Source: Candidatus Eiseniibacteriota bacterium (GTDB lineage: Bacteria; Eisenbacteria; RBG-16-71-46; CAIMUX01; VGJL01). Taken from it: DNA of 64,000 nt. Shown piece by piece: positions 42,596 to 51,117 of this stretch (position 1 is its first letter; each line of letters opens with the position of its first letter). The stretch covers positions 32,001 to 96,000 of the forward strand of contig CAWBWI010000006.1 in the NCBI GenBank assembly GCA_963792585.1, given 5' to 3'. The translations under genes and the position numbers were made by a program. Below the pieces are notes generated by a model. The model searched no databases. It had not been told where the DNA came from and saw nothing but the letters and a program-made list of their open reading frames with translations.

Positions 42596-44757
42596 CGCTT
42601 CTCCCCTTGCCGAACGAGTTTCCCGTTCTCCTCCGTCATGGCGTTTCCGTTTTCGGCGACCAACACGACCTCGAACGTCGCACCTTTCCCGAGCTCGGAC
42701 CGGACCCGAAGCTCCCCACCGTGGTTCCGCACGATCGAGCGACACTGGTAAAGCCCAAGGCCGAGACCTTTCCGTTTGGTCGTGGCGAATGGACGGAAAA
42801 GACGCTCCCTCAGGAAGTCCTCGGAGATCCCCTGCCCGGCATCGACGACGAAGATGCGGACCTGGCCCGTGCCGTTGGATTGAAGATCCTGCGTCCCGAC
42901 TGATATCGGTCCCTTCCCGTCGGTGGCTTCGACGGCGTTCTGCAGCAGGTTCTGGAGAACTCGGCGAAGCATGTCCCTATCGCCTCGGGTCCGGTGCGTC
43001 GCCTGGAGCGCGATGTCTACGGGGATCCCGCCAGTCCGCAGAATGGTCATCTCGCCCAGAACCTCCTGGACCAGCTCGTTCGGGCAGAGCGACTCCATCT
43101 GAGAACGGGGATTCTGCCGGAGTTCCGACAACCTGTGGACGAGGTTCTCCATCCTGTCGGCGACTTGGTCGATGTCTCGGGCACACGAGGCCACGAGCTC
43201 GGGCTCATCCGCGTTTTCGACCAGGTTTGCCGCAGCGATCCGAAGGGGAGCCATGTGGTTCTTGAGATCGTGAAGCAGCATGCTGCTCCACTGCGAGATC
43301 AGCTCGACCTCGCGACTCTCCGTCAGCTCACGAATTAGATGCGCCGAACGGAGACTCGCCGCGATGTGGGAAGCGATGCTATCCAGGAGCGCCACGTCCT
43401 CGAATGTGAACGGATCGTGATCGTCCCCACGCTCCAGGCCGATCGTCCCCACCAGTTCCCCACCATCGAGGAGGGGGGCGATCAACTGACTGGCCGTTGC
43501 ATCGAGCCAACGATCGTTCTCGGCGTAGATCGGGATGTAGGTGAGATCGCTGGGTTTCCGATCGAGCAAGAGCGCACTCCGGCTTCCCTCGAGCACCCTG
43601 TGCAGCGGGGAATCCAACTCCAGCGTTTCCGAGGAAGGCTGTGCCCCCTTCCCACGACGAGGGCGGATCCCCCCGCCAATCCTGTCCCGTAGAGCAATCG
43701 TATAGTCATCCGCAACAAAGGCATCGACCAGAAGCGGAACGACCCGGTCCAGGACGCTGTTCTCATCCATCGCTTCCCGCAGGGACTGGGTAAGGCTGGA
43801 CCACTGGGACCGGTAGTCGTAGCGGTTGACATAGAAGTTCCTATCGATGTAGCGGCGGACACTGCGCTGGAAGCGGCTCGAGAAGAGCAAGAGGCCGCCG
43901 ATCAGCGCAACGAGGAACACCGCGGCCACGACCAGGATCTCGTCCGGCGACCAGTGCGTCCACGAAGCGACCTGGGCGGCCGCTCCAATGGCCAATACGA
44001 ACAAGGCGGCGGCCAGAGCGGTGAAGGACGAATAGACGACATTCCGGGAGACCGGTGTCTTGACGTCGACGAGCGCTCCCCGCAAGTAACCATGCCCGAC
44101 CGCGACGCTGCAGAACGTCATCGGGAGAGCGCAGGCAACCAGCTTCCCCAAGCCCATCGATGAGTAGAGCATCCCCAGCGAAAGCACGCAGGTCGTGTAG
44201 GCAAGGACAGCAAACAACCCCGCTATGGGAAGGCGCAGACGATAGCGGGACTCGGTGGGCAGGATCCGGTAGGTCTTCTCCAGGTTGTAGCCGATTCCGA
44301 TGATCCCGATCAGGAGATAGCACACATACGTCTTGCCCAGAAGTCCCAGATGGACCGCTCCCCGGCCGTCGGACCAGTCGTAACGAACGATGAAGGACGG
44401 CTGCCGGATCAGGGCCAGAAGGCCGACGCCCACAAGCCCAAGCAGGATGAAGGTCCGTCTGGAGTACCGAAGAGACTGCTGGGGATCCTCCCGACCAAAC
44501 GACTGGGAAAATAGATAGGCCGAGAGCAGAAGAGGGAGGGTCGAGACGATCAGGAGATAGACCCAGGCGTTCGGTTGAGGGGTGCGGCCGATCGCGAAGA
44601 CCTTCAAGACCAACCCGAGATAGAGGCATGCCGAGGCGGCCGTCAGCAGGGTCGCAACAACCACGAGGCGATGCGACTGCCCCCGCATCAGGACGGCGAT
44701 GACCGGGACGATCGTCGCGACCATCGCGACGATCAGGATCAACTCCTGGAATCTCAT
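42592..44757 (-). CDS. prsK: PEP-CTERM system sensor histidine kinase (PrsK-like)
   Basis: Multi-TM N-terminus, NFYVNRYDYRSQW, GAF-like region, LHDLKN, NL.QNA.EA, FRPFATTK..GLGLGLYQCR. Confidence 0.88.
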   Translation of the reverse strand: MRFQELILIVAMVATIVPVIAVLMRGQSHRLVVVATLLTAASACLYLGLVLKVFAIGRTPQPNAWVYLLIVSTLPLLLSAYLFSQSFGREDPQQSLRYSRRTFILLGLVGVGLLALIRQPSFIVRYDWSDGRGAVHLGLLGKTYVCYLLIGIIGIGYNLEKTYRILPTESRYRLRLPIAGLFAVLAYTTCVLSLGMLYSSMGLGKLVACALPMTFCSVAVGHGYLRGALVDVKTPVSRNVVYSSFTALAAALFVLAIGAAAQVASWTHWSPDEILVVAAVFLVALIGGLLLFSSRFQRSVRRYIDRNFYVNRYDYRSQWSSLTQSLREAMDENSVLDRVVPLLVDAFVADDYTIALRDRIGGGIRPRRGKGAQPSSETLELDSPLHRVLEGSRSALLLDRKPSDLTYIPIYAENDRWLDATASQLIAPLLDGGELVGTIGLERGDDHDPFTFEDVALLDSIASHIAASLRSAHLIRELTESREVELISQWSSMLLHDLKNHMAPLRIAAANLVENADEPELVASCARDIDQVADRMENLVHRLSELRQNPRSQMESLCPNELVQEVLGEMTILRTGGIPVDIALQATHRTRGDRDMLRRVLQNLLQNAVEATDGKGPISVGTQDLQSNGTGQVRIFVVDAGQGISEDFLRERLFRPFATTKRKGLGLGLYQCRSIVRNHGGELRVRSELGKGATFEVVLVAENGNAMTEENGKLVRQGEKR

Positions 44758-46268
44758 GGCGCGGGGGCCTCGCGAAGTTGCCGCGCCTGATCCGACGCCC
44801 ACTTCCCGACGTCCGCATTCTTGTAAACTTCACTCATGCGATCGAGGATCCCTGCGGCGCGTTGGGAGTCCGAGAGATCATTCCGCGCCATCGCGGCCGC
44901 AGCAGCGAACCAGTTGGCGCCTTGTTGCGTTCCGGACATGTCTTCACCCAGCTTGACCATCTCGGTGACCGCGGCATCGTAGTTCTTCTGCAGGACAAGG
45001 GTTCGGGCAAGTCCCTGCCGCGCCTGAATCGTGAAGCGACTTGGCGGGTAGCGTTCGATGAAGTCCCGGTAGTGAGACTCGGCGTCCGCCGTAGCGGTCT
45101 TGGCCTCCGTCTCATTGCCGGATCGGGCATAATGCCCCACAATATCCAGCGGCGCCGCCAAGGCTGCGTCGCTGAGGGGGTGCTGGGCGGTCAAGGTCCT
45201 GAATGTCTCCAGTGCCTCCGGCCAGCGATTGCGGCTGTCCAGTAACCGGGCCCGAACCCCGAGGGCCTGCGAAACTAGATCCTCGTCATCCTTGTATTCC
45301 TGAGCGATTTGATCGAGGTAGCCGATGGATTCGTCAATCCGATCCTGCTCATTCGCGTTCGCGGCCAGCGCCAGGAGAGCCCGCGGGGCAAGCTTGCTCT
45401 TGGGGAAGTCGTGCACCAATGTCGCCAGGGTCGCGCGGATCGACTCCGGATCGGCACCCCCGTGGATCATCATCTCCGATCTCGCGAAGATCACCGGTGC
45501 GGGGTCACGCGGCGGCTTGTCGTAACCTCTGAGCTGCATCTCGAGGTCCCGCAGGATCCGCACTCCCTTCGACCACTCGCCCCGATCGGAAGCAACCTCC
45601 GCGCGGAATCTATCCGCTTCGAGTTGGAGGATCTCGCCCCTATGTGTGTCAGCAATCCTTCTGTAACGCGCATCCGCCTTGTCGTATGCGGCAGTCGCCG
45701 AGACGGCATCCCGAGACATCGCCCGAAGCCTTGCGATACGAAGGGGAAGTCCGAGCACAGCACCCGGAACACCGGGCTGCGTTGGATCCGGTTCCACCCT
45801 GTCAAGAACCCTCTCGTACAAGTCCACGGCCTCGGCGTAGCGCCCCTTCTTCTCGGCGATGTCGCCCTGAGCCATCGCGATCTCCCCCGCGACGGCCGGC
45901 AGATCCGTGAAGTTCGAGGCCATGTCCCGGTAGATCGCGTCGACCTTGACCGAGTCGCGAATGCCTCCGCGTATCCGGGCGGCGGCGAAGAGGGCTCGAG
46001 CCGCCATGGTCCGCATCTGCTGCCCGGCGGCGCCGCCGGTCTGTTTCTTCTCCGTGGCCCCATACTTCAGCCCGATCTGCTCGTAGTCGCCGGCAAGCGC
46101 GGCCCAGTTGGCGTCGGCCACGTCCTGAGGACGGATGGAAAGGTCGCGATAGGACCGATTCGCGCGATAGAAGTCACGCTCCGCCAGATAGAGCCGGCCG
46201 GCATTGCGGTCCACGCCGCATGAGGTCGCCGCAAGCAGGAGCACGAGGATCAGGAGGAGCGTTCTCAT
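44754..46268 (-). CDS. TPR-repeat lipoprotein (PrsT-like position)
   Basis: Lipobox AATSC; TPR helices with YP.S/FP.S turns; ATGA-coupled to prsK. Confidence 0.75.
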   Translation of the reverse strand: MRTLLLILVLLLAATSCGVDRNAGRLYLAERDFYRANRSYRDLSIRPQDVADANWAALAGDYEQIGLKYGATEKKQTGGAAGQQMRTMAARALFAAARIRGGIRDSVKVDAIYRDMASNFTDLPAVAGEIAMAQGDIAEKKGRYAEAVDLYERVLDRVEPDPTQPGVPGAVLGLPLRIARLRAMSRDAVSATAAYDKADARYRRIADTHRGEILQLEADRFRAEVASDRGEWSKGVRILRDLEMQLRGYDKPPRDPAPVIFARSEMMIHGGADPESIRATLATLVHDFPKSKLAPRALLALAANANEQDRIDESIGYLDQIAQEYKDDEDLVSQALGVRARLLDSRNRWPEALETFRTLTAQHPLSDAALAAPLDIVGHYARSGNETEAKTATADAESHYRDFIERYPPSRFTIQARQGLARTLVLQKNYDAAVTEMVKLGEDMSGTQQGANWFAAAAAMARNDLSDSQRAAGILDRMSEVYKNADVGKWASDQARQLREAPAP

Positions 46269-47098
46269 TTCGATCCCTCCACCCGCCACACGAACAAGCG
46301 CGTCGCCGCTCCGACCACCAGAAACACCAGAACCATCTGAACCACAACCTGTGCGCCAAGGAGGGTCCCGACCATCTCCGGCTTGAACTTGTTCATGATC
46401 AGATCCGTCCGTCCGTATGCATAGGAAATCGGGAAGATGAGAACCACGGGGATCGCCACTACCAACATCGTGGGGAGGAAGGTTTTCATCGTGACACGGA
46501 CAGAATCCCGGACTGCCGAGAAGAGCCCTCGGCCCATGAGGACAATCCAGGCCGTGGCATAGACAAGTAGACCTTGGATGAGGATCGAGAGCCCCATCAG
46601 GGCTGCCCGCTGCCCCCATCGGATCAGCCCGTTCTCGAGAACGAGCCTCCCGGGAATCAGACTCATCAATCCGCCCGCCCCTACCTGCAGAAGGGTCTCC
46701 AGGAGGGAGGCGCCGATGAGCAGAGGAGCGCACCTCCAAGCCCAGCTCCAGGTCCGGTCACCAGCCTTGGACTTGAACCCGAATGCCCTGGCGAAGAGAA
46801 GGGTTCCGGCGCCGCACGCGATCGATGCGAGAAGCACATTGATGACCAGGTTGCCCTTTTCGAACATGCTGGGCAGGGCAAAGTACAGAACCGGATAGTG
46901 GGCGGCGTCCCTACCCGCAAGAAGCCCGATAAGCCGCAATGCCACGGGCAAGAAGAAAGGGGAATAGAAAAGTACCAGGAGCAAGAGAAGTGCGGCTTGG
47001 GCCGCACCGATGGTCAGAAACGGATTCCACTGCGAGGGTCGGAAGAAGAGTGCAAGCGGTCCCCGCAGGGCCCACCCCGCAACGTTCAACGGATTCAC
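46265..47098 (-). CDS. Hypothetical multi-pass membrane protein
   Basis: 277 aa with about six hydrophobic segments; coupled to the TPR gene. Confidence 0.7.
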   Translation of the reverse strand: MNPLNVAGWALRGPLALFFRPSQWNPFLTIGAAQAALLLLLVLFYSPFFLPVALRLIGLLAGRDAAHYPVLYFALPSMFEKGNLVINVLLASIACGAGTLLFARAFGFKSKAGDRTWSWAWRCAPLLIGASLLETLLQVGAGGLMSLIPGRLVLENGLIRWGQRAALMGLSILIQGLLVYATAWIVLMGRGLFSAVRDSVRVTMKTFLPTMLVVAIPVVLIFPISYAYGRTDLIMNKFKPEMVGTLLGAQVVVQMVLVFLVVGAATRLFVWRVEGSK

Positions 47099-47120
47099 AG
47101 TAGCCCCCCCTGTGTACCGG

Positions 47121-47204
47121 TGTCCTTCAGACCGACAGTTCTAGCCCCGCGCTAGCGGCTCCAGTGTTCTGAAATGGGGACAGGTAGTGTCCGTTGATCC
47201 GACA
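47121..47204. promoter_or_regulatory. Two candidate PrsR sites
   Basis: TGTCCTTCAGACCGACA (47121-47137) and TGTCCGTTGATCCGACA (47188-47204), the same form as 32759-32775. Confidence 0.55.
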
Positions 47205-47593
47205 GGTCGCCACCAGAGACAATCGTGGCCCTCGTCGAATTCATGACCGGAACATTTTCCTTGGTTGCCCCCACTGCGCAGGATCGCTGTTTCTGTCGGC
47301 TGATCGTGCTGGCTTCAAGCTGAACGGTACGAGTCTGCAGGTTATTGCCGAATGGCCAGCGTTCTCAGCGAACGTGAGTATTCTACAAGGCCGCTGGTTC
47401 GCCGTCAAGCCAATGGCGCGGGTCCAAAGACGTATGTCGAAACGAGTGGTGGTTCCGAGGGGATGCGGATGCTTGAACAAATCAGATATGCAGGAAGGGG
47501 GCCTCTATAGCTGCTCGCTTTGGTGACCCACGGAGATCGCTGCCGCAATGGCACCTGCTTGTCCGCTCCGAGGCGGTCCGTCGGCGTCTCCGC

Positions 47594-48457
47594 TTAAAGG
47601 AGTCCCAGATCCGCCAGCACGGCCGCCAGCGGTCGATAGGCACTCAGGGAGAGCAGGCTGGCCAGCCTTTGCTGGCTCCTGGCCAGGTTGTGGTAGTGGG
47701 TCCAGCGCGTTCGGAGACGCACAGGAAACCTCGGCTGATCAGGGTCGAGCTCCCATGGATGGACGCTCAGGAGGGTGGGCTTCCCCTCCCGAGTGAGCTT
47801 CCGCAGCGCCCATTTCTGCCAGGCGAACGGCAGGAGCCTCAGATAGGCCCCCCCAGTCGCCGGGACGTTCACGGGGCCAACACGGAGCGTGGTCAGAGGG
47901 AACTCCACGATGCCCTTGGATCCGTCCATCGTGATCCTGTGCGGCCACCGACAGGCGTGGGGCATTCCGTATCGCCTCCGGGCGATCGGGTAGATGCTCG
48001 AGTCGTAGCGGTAACCCTCCTCGACCAGAATCGGAAGGGCCCACAGCGTTCGGGCCATGATCGTGTAGGAAGGGGCCCGGTACCCAATGACCTCCTGCCC
48101 GGAGAGACTCTGCAGGAGGGACCGAGCGCGACGGACATCTTGCCGGAAAGCCTCCGGCTCTTGTCGATAGATCAACTCGTGATCGAAGCCATGGGAGGCA
48201 ATCTCGTGCCCGCAGGCGGCAATTCTTTGCACCAACTCGGGGTGGCGCTGCGCAACGCAGCCGAGGACGAAAAATGTCCCCTTCGTCCCCGAGACATCCA
48301 TGATCTCCAACAGCCGATTGGTGTTTGCCGTGAGCCGGTCGGGGAACCCGTCCCATTGGGTCCTCGGGCAGTGTGGCCGAAGGGCTTCTACCTGATAGTA
48401 GTCTTCCAGATCCACGGAGAATGCGGCCAGGGACGCAGCCGCGGAAGGGACAGTCAT
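47594..48457 (-). CDS. Polysaccharide deacetylase, exosortase-system associated (DUF3473-type)
   Basis: SVDLEDYYQ, TFFVLG, HEIASHG..H, GYRAPS, YDSS, GGAYLR, HPWELDP.QP. Confidence 0.92.
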   Translation of the reverse strand: MTVPSAAASLAAFSVDLEDYYQVEALRPHCPRTQWDGFPDRLTANTNRLLEIMDVSGTKGTFFVLGCVAQRHPELVQRIAACGHEIASHGFDHELIYRQEPEAFRQDVRRARSLLQSLSGQEVIGYRAPSYTIMARTLWALPILVEEGYRYDSSIYPIARRRYGMPHACRWPHRITMDGSKGIVEFPLTTLRVGPVNVPATGGAYLRLLPFAWQKWALRKLTREGKPTLLSVHPWELDPDQPRFPVRLRTRWTHYHNLARSQQRLASLLSLSAYRPLAAVLADLGLL

Positions 48458-49080
48458 TTTAGCCCCGCCGTTGCGAGAACCTGGGTAAGAGGACCATCGA
48501 GAAGGGAGATAAGATCACGCATCCTAGTCGAATCCGACTGGGACGCGTTGTACCTGACCAGGGCGGCATTGGTCGGCCTGCCCCGGAGCCCCTGTTTGAC
48601 AAGGTCCCACTTGAGTCCGTATTCGTCGCCAATGACCCCTCCTTGGGTACGGATCCAGTAGAGGACCTCTTGAGTCTGGTCCCTTCGGCGAACGACCATG
48701 CGTGTGACGTTGCGATCCTCATCCGTCATCCTCAGCCGAGTCTCTTCGACGGACGCGACATTCCAGCCCCCGCCGGGTATGCAGTTCTTCGGCGAATGGA
48801 TCTGCTTGTCGACCTTCTGCTGAGAGAAGTAGGCGACGAAGAGCCTGACCTCGGCCCCATTTTTCTCTCGATACCGCCGACGCAGGGTCGCGTCGGGTCG
48901 TAGGATGTCGTCCGTCCTATCGGTGACGACGACATCTTCGCCGGTCCAGTCTCCGATGGACCGCGTGAGCTCCCCCAACCGTGGCGCCGGACCGGCCTCG
49001 GCTCGGGCTAATCGAAGCTTGGTCGCGTAGGCCCCGGAGAGCGCGACGATAAGGATGGCGATCGTCCACCGGATGCGCAT
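48454..49080 (-). CDS. epsI: EpsI family protein
   Basis: N-terminal TM, W.G.D, RRY, LFVAY, IHSPKNCIPGGGW, VLYW, ALVR. Confidence 0.9.
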   Translation of the reverse strand: MRIRWTIAILIVALSGAYATKLRLARAEAGPAPRLGELTRSIGDWTGEDVVVTDRTDDILRPDATLRRRYREKNGAEVRLFVAYFSQQKVDKQIHSPKNCIPGGGWNVASVEETRLRMTDEDRNVTRMVVRRRDQTQEVLYWIRTQGGVIGDEYGLKWDLVKQGLRGRPTNAALVRYNASQSDSTRMRDLISLLDGPLTQVLATAGLK

Positions 49081-49895
49081 AGACCCCCTGCTGCCTTCTT
49101 TAGGAGCATGAAGAACCCTAGGCTGACCCCAAATACTACGAGGCCGAAGAGCTCGTGGGCCGTCCCTTTCGTAGCCTGGGGTCCCACCAGCCAGGCCCCG
49201 AGGCCGCTACCAAAAACCCGCAATGCATTCCCCGCAATAGCCAGAGGAATCGTCATGAGAAAGAGACCGATCCGTCCCCAGAGCGCTATAGGCGTCGCAT
49301 TCGCGACCAACGCCCCAACCGCGAGGAAGGCATAGAGCGACCGAATGCCGCTGCATGCCTCAGCCACCTCAAGGCTGGTTTCGGGAAGATGGATGATGTT
49401 GCCCTGACCAACAGCCGGGATTCCGACCGTTCGCAACCCCACGAGGGCGCACTTGGCCGCGAAGGCCTGCATCGGAGCCGTGAGGCCATAGTAGATGACA
49501 TACGGCAGCGGGATCGCCAGCAACAGGAACGCGAGTGGGAAGCCCACGATCCGAAGGTGGCGCCACCCGTAGAGGAACAAGACAAGGGAAGTCAGAAGGA
49601 CAACCAAGCTCACGCGCTGGGTGAAGACCTCTGCACCGGCGGTTCCAACTGCTAGCATGGCTCCAGCGAACAATACACCTAGACATCCTGCAAGGACGGG
49701 TTGTGGAGCGAGGCCCTTGATTCTGTCCCGCTTCTGCCAGACTAAGTATCCAGCAACAAGCGGAATCAGAAACCCATGCCGATAGTTTGCATCTCTAATC
49801 CAGTCCCGGACAAGGTCACGAAGGACAGGGAGATAGGTTGCGGTCAATACGGCGACTAGTACCAGCTTCGCCAAGCTAAAGGGAGTCAGCCTCAT
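49008..49895 (-). CDS. Exosortase (EpsH/Xrt family)
   Basis: YRHGFLIP, FLLLAIPLP, VAEACSGIRS (Cys), NALRV (Arg) and AHELFG (His). Start is approximate. Confidence 0.93.
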   Translation of the reverse strand: MRLTPFSLAKLVLVAVLTATYLPVLRDLVRDWIRDANYRHGFLIPLVAGYLVWQKRDRIKGLAPQPVLAGCLGVLFAGAMLAVGTAGAEVFTQRVSLVVLLTSLVLFLYGWRHLRIVGFPLAFLLLAIPLPYVIYYGLTAPMQAFAAKCALVGLRTVGIPAVGQGNIIHLPETSLEVAEACSGIRSLYAFLAVGALVANATPIALWGRIGLFLMTIPLAIAGNALRVFGSGLGAWLVGPQATKGTAHELFGLVVFGVSLGFFMLLKKAAGGLCASGGRSPSLSSRSPGPTRPSFD

Positions 49896-49948
49896 GCCCT
49901 TTCTCATCATCCCGATCATCGATCGCACCCCGTCAGTCGGACGGGATT

Positions 49949-51088
49949 CTAGCATGCCACGCGGGAGAACCGAACAGATTGTGCGGCGGCATAGACCTCA
50001 AGGTAGTCGTCGACCATTCGCGTCAACGTGTAACGGTCCCGTTGCTCGCGGGCAGCAGTGGCCCCCAGACGGCGCGCCAAATCTTGGCCTCCGGCGAGAC
50101 GCGCAAGGGCCTGAGCGAGGCCGCCGACGTCCCCGACATCCACAAGCAGGCCGGTCTCGTTGTGGCGCAGCACCTCGGCTAGCCCGCCGACGCGCGAAGC
50201 CACAATCGGGATCCCAAGGGACATGGCCTCCAGCAGCACATAGGGCAGCCCCTCGTGCACGGAGGGCATCAGCAGGACATCCAAGTGAGCGAGCCAGTCG
50301 AGAACGTCACGCTGAAAGCCATGGAAGCGGACCCGGTCGCCGATGCCCAGAGTCTCCGCCTCTTTCCGCAGGGATTCCTGCTGAGGTCCAGAACCGATGA
50401 TGTCCAGGCGCACACCGCCGGGTGCGGCGCTAGAGGCAAGTGCCTGCAGCGCGAAGGGGATGCCCTTGACCTTGGAGACCCGACCTACGACTCCTGCATG
50501 AAAGAAACCAGGCTCGAGACCTGGCGGCCGTGGACGTCCCTCCCGTGCAAGCGGTGGGATGCCGTTGCGGATCACGCGTCGATCGAGGCCCATATGGGTG
50601 TGCTCAGAGCGCTGCATGATGTCGGTGGTGACGTAGCACACGTGTGCTTGAAGGCGCTGTGTTGCCCAGGTATCGAGGGCATGGTTGAGGCGGGATTTGG
50701 CGCGTCCCACCAGCGACCCCCCGGGTTCCGGGAGGCCGTGCTCCGTCTTGACGACAGCCACGCTGAGCCGGGAACCCGCCACGGCAGCTGTGACCGTCGC
50801 TCGATAGCCGTGCACGTGCAGGACTCGGCTGCCATGTCCCTCGACGAGATCAGCTAACCGCCGTGCAGCACCAGGGTCGTAACGGTAGCCCGCATGGAGG
50901 ACGACTGGCTTGAGGCCTGCCCCACGGAGCCGCGCGGCCAGTTCACGGTCATGGAACAGGATGGGGAGGATGTCGATGCCATTCTCTCGGAGACTCGTGC
51001 AGAGACCTAGGATCTGGGTTTCAACCCCGCCGAACAACTCCCCGGGCGAGAGAACCGAGACCGGCATGCAAAGCGTTGGTGACCTCAT
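49949..51088 (-). CDS. Glycosyltransferase family 4
   Basis: GGVE, VGRVSKVKG, PSVHEGLPYVLLEAM, ASRVGGLAE. Confidence 0.92.
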   Translation of the reverse strand: MRSPTLCMPVSVLSPGELFGGVETQILGLCTSLRENGIDILPILFHDRELAARLRGAGLKPVVLHAGYRYDPGAARRLADLVEGHGSRVLHVHGYRATVTAAVAGSRLSVAVVKTEHGLPEPGGSLVGRAKSRLNHALDTWATQRLQAHVCYVTTDIMQRSEHTHMGLDRRVIRNGIPPLAREGRPRPPGLEPGFFHAGVVGRVSKVKGIPFALQALASSAAPGGVRLDIIGSGPQQESLRKEAETLGIGDRVRFHGFQRDVLDWLAHLDVLLMPSVHEGLPYVLLEAMSLGIPIVASRVGGLAEVLRHNETGLLVDVGDVGGLAQALARLAGGQDLARRLGATAAREQRDRYTLTRMVDDYLEVYAAAQSVRFSRVAC

Positions 51089-51117
51089 TCAGGATGCCTC
51101 TCGGTATGATTGCATCG

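Noticed and set aside
47549..47564. TGGCACCTGCTTGTCC as a sigma-54 promoter
   Set aside because: Spacing is wrong (no GC ten bases after GG) and there is no credible downstream plus-strand gene.
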